A DNA stretch of 9,459 nucleotides. It comes from Octopus sinensis (taxonomy: Eukaryota). The stretch is from positions 1-9,459 of the forward strand of contig NW_021827955.1 in the NCBI RefSeq assembly GCF_006345805.1, given 5' to 3'. This document shows, piece after piece, positions 7,708 to 9,459 of this stretch (within the stretch, counting starts at the first letter, position 1; the number at the start of each line of letters is the position of its first letter). The position numbers were made by a program, and so were the translations under genes. Under the pieces are notes generated by a model. The model saw nothing but the letters and a program-made list of their open reading frames with translations, was not told where the DNA came from and did not search any database.

Positions 7708-7764
7708 TTAATCAGGCTGATGAGACCTGCAATTGGTAGCAGGCAACTAGTACAGCCTGTTTAA
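7708..7764 (+). ncRNA. Degenerate type-I hammerhead ribozyme motif (probably inactive copy)
   Basis: CUGAUGA (7717-7723); stem II G(A)CCUGC/GCAGGC (7724-7744); single A where GAA is expected (7745); palindromic ACUAGU (7746-7751); A17 (7752); CAGCCUGUUUAA (7753-7764) complementary at 11/12 to UUAAUCAGGCUG (7708-7719). Confidence 0.6.
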
Positions 7765-8062
7765 TAGTTAAATGGTCGGCGATTAAACCGACTCCCCCAC
7801 TTGAATAGCTTGCTACTCTTGTGAAAAGGGCGTCTGGACCCCAAGCAGGACTAAAGACAAGACTTATCGAAAGGTGGATGAACACCTTGTAGTCAATGAC
7901 CATCCAGTTGGGGAAGGCAATGCAAAACCACCCCCTTATCTCTGCTAAGAAAACACTATGGGAAGTTCATCCGATGGGAGAACTCGTGCTGAACAGGGAA
8001 TACTTTTGCTGTTGCGTCATCAACGCGCTATAAAAGCGTAGGACACGTGACGATGACAGTGG
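7714..8062 (+). mobile_element. Non-autonomous RTE-related retroposon-like insertion with a 5' hammerhead-like motif
   Basis: Flanked by TCGATTAATC (7704-7713) and TCGTTTAAATC (8063-8073). Internal GGGAAGGCAATGCAAAACCAC..ATCTCTGCTAAGAAAAC (from 7911) resembles the RTE/Bov-B-type GGAAGG(C/A)AATGGCAA(A/C)CCAC segment. There is a 3' stem-loop GCGCT-ATAAA-AGCGT (8025-8039) and a short GTGACGATGAC tail. Confidence 0.6.
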
Positions 8063-8298
8063 TCGTTTAAATCTGATTCAGTGTTCAACTGATAATTATT
8101 TTACCGACCCAGAAATGATGGAAAGCAAAGCCAATCTCGGCGGAGTTTGAACTCAGAATGTAAAGAGCCGGAAAAACAGACCGATAAGCATGTCTGTCCG
8201 GAGTGCTAATGGTTCTTCCAGCTTTTGTCCAGTATTACGACAATTATGGTGTGATAATTAGCGAGAAGATAAAGGAGATTGAACGAATAAATTCTTTT

Positions 8299-8460
8299 GC
8301 GGACAAAATGTTTTGTGGTATTTAGTCACTGCCCTTTGCGTTCTGGTTTCATATCCTGCTTTGGTCAACTTTGCTTATCCTCCTTCGGGACTCGGTAAAA
8401 TGCTAGTAAAGTACTGGGTTCTAAGTAATCAACTGCTACCAACTCACAAAATGAGGCCTT
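8299..8460 (+). mobile_element. tRNA-derived SINE, same family as 7658-8225 but opposite orientation
   Basis: TCGGTAAAAT (8392-8401) is the exact reverse complement of 8098-8107, and CTTTGCTT (8369-8376) matches AAGCAAAG (8123-8130). Overall colinear but diverged. Confidence 0.75.
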
Positions 8461-8555
8461 CTACTTATATCGTGATTGTGTTTCTGTCATAATTTGGCAG
8501 AAAAGGGAGCCAAATAAGTGACATCATGAATGAAATTTCTTTCAGGATTTGATTA

Positions 8556-8648
8556 TGTTGCTGTTGTTGTTGTTGTTGCTGTTGTTACAGTTGCTACTGC
8601 TGTTTTGGTTGAGTTGCTGCTGTTGTTGTTGTTGTTATTCTTGTTGTT
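8556..8648. repeat. (GTT/GCT)n trinucleotide microsatellite
   Basis: Directly visible; accounts for ORF 8553-8759. Confidence 0.95.
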
Positions 8649-8840
8649 AATATTTTTGGTTTTATTTAGCCCCAGGTTAGCCCTAGTCGAGAATGATTGA
8701 ATGTACGCATTAAATATACTAAATGTATTCATGTCTTTCTGAAATGGGAACTGACGCATGTCCTTTCCGTTTTTTTTTTAATTTAGTGGAATGTGGTGTG
8801 AGAGAGAGATTTGGTTGCTATTTCTAACAGGTGTAGCGAA
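8556..8840 (-). mobile_element. (CAA)-tailed SINE copy with expanded trinucleotide tail
   Basis: TTTAGCCCCAGGTTAGCCCTAGTCGAG (8665-8691), CATGTCCTTTCCGTTTTT (from 8757) and GAGAGATTTGGTTGCTATTTCTAACAGGT (about 8803-8832) match the reverse complement of the 430-625 copy. The tail is the adjacent (GTT)n tract. Confidence 0.7.
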
Positions 8841-9209
8841 CACAGAAAACAGTTCCCTCGTTTTAAAGTCATATATGTTTTGTATTCCAGTCTATTGGGA
8901 CCTACTTTGACATATATCCTTCAAGCGTCCGTACAACATTTATCCGACTCCTGTAACTAAGGTCGGTTTAATCGATTAAGCGCCGTCCTAAACTAATATC
9001 AATGCAAAGAATCGTTATAATAATGTTATAATATATGTCTTATCATAAAGCTGTATTATCTGATAAAACGTTGTAGGGATTTTGATTGTGTTAACAGGTT
9101 TAAGGAAACCCGAGGATTACCGCAACTTAAAGTTGATCTGTGTGAAAACAAATTAGGGAGATAAACTCTTTTGAGGTTATCATGATTATTATTGTTATTA
9201 TTATTTTGT

Positions 9210-9340
9210 TGTTGGTCACAAGGTTAAACGATTTCGGGGGGGCAGGGTGTATAATGAAGTGAAACTGTATACTGGCCCTATACTTCTGGAAAAGAAAACG
9301 TCGGATTTAACTAGATTTGAACTCAAGGAACAGAGGAACG
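9210..9340 (-). mobile_element. Decayed tRNA-derived SINE fragment
   Basis: GGTCACAAGG..ATTTCGGGGGG is similar to 7669-7695; GATTTGAACTC is a reverse-strand B-box near 9314-9324. Confidence 0.5.
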
Positions 9341-9354
9341 AAACAAAGTCTTGC

Positions 9355-9410
9355 TGTTGTTTAGTCTCCGGTCAAACTATGATCAAAGTTATTACCAAAT
9401 CAGACCTATA
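9355..9410 (-). mobile_element. 3' end fragment of (CAA)-tailed SINE
   Basis: GTTGTTTAGTCTCCGGTCA..CTATGATCAAAG is similar to 8665-8680 and to the reverse complement of 7528-7540. Confidence 0.5.
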
Positions 9411-9427
9411 ATTAATTATATTTTACA

Positions 9428-9459
9428 TTTTACTTGTTTCAGTCATTAGACTGCGGCCA
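9428..9459 (-). mobile_element. 3' end of an octopus-type SINE running off the window edge
   Basis: TTTTACTTGTTTCAGTCATTAGACTGCGGCCA closely matches a recalled very common octopus SINE terminus; not verifiable within the window. Confidence 0.6.

Larger units (their letters stand above)
7658..8225 (-). mobile_element. tRNA-derived SINE (7658-7713 plus 8074-8225) hosting a 349-bp insertion
   Basis: Reverse-strand A-box-like TGGAAGAACCATTAG (8206-8220) and B-box GAGTTCAAACTCC (8142-8154). The uninterrupted plus-strand copy at 8299-8460 shows that AAGGCC...GATTA and CAGT...TTTTACCGA are normally contiguous. Confidence 0.8.

Noticed and set aside
7712-7903. 63-aa minus-strand ORF
   Set aside because: Antisense to the structured insert, with an alternative start and no recognisable product.
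12-8225. tRNA genes at A/B-box pairs (12-70, 3934-4005, 6800-6886, 8140-8225)
   Set aside because: No complete cloverleaf could be drawn, and each continues into SINE body; these are SINE heads.
8553-8759. ORF with poly-N/poly-T, or an alternative poly-Q reading
   Set aside because: It is the (CAA)n tail of a SINE; the repeat register shifts mid-array and the flanking sequence is SINE-derived.
1-9459. CRISPR array or prokaryotic operon features
   Set aside because: No regularly spaced repeat-spacer units and no gene-dense coding; the sequence is eukaryotic repeat DNA.

Overview
Eukaryotic, AT-rich, repeat-dominated non-coding DNA (intronic or intergenic). No intact protein-coding gene is supported. 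The dense (TA)/(TG)/(TATG) microsatellites and the tRNA-derived SINE families match what I remember of octopus (coleoid cephalopod) repeats; this is recall, not a database search. The window is a stack of nested mobile-element fossils: more than a dozen SINE fragments, an 813-bp internally deleted maT/DD37D-type mariner inserted into a SINE, two fragments of one Tc1-like family whose HTH-coding remnant the ORF track mostly misses, a hAT-like MITE and a foldback-like MITE with modular inverted repeats. The most interesting item is a ~350-bp insertion (7714-8062) that splits a SINE and is flanked by an imperfect target-site duplication. It begins with a degenerate type-I hammerhead ribozyme motif with a palindromic ACUAGU stem III, and carries RTE-like internal and 3' segments. 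It is a candidate ribozyme-headed non-autonomous retroposon; this copy is probably catalytically dead.
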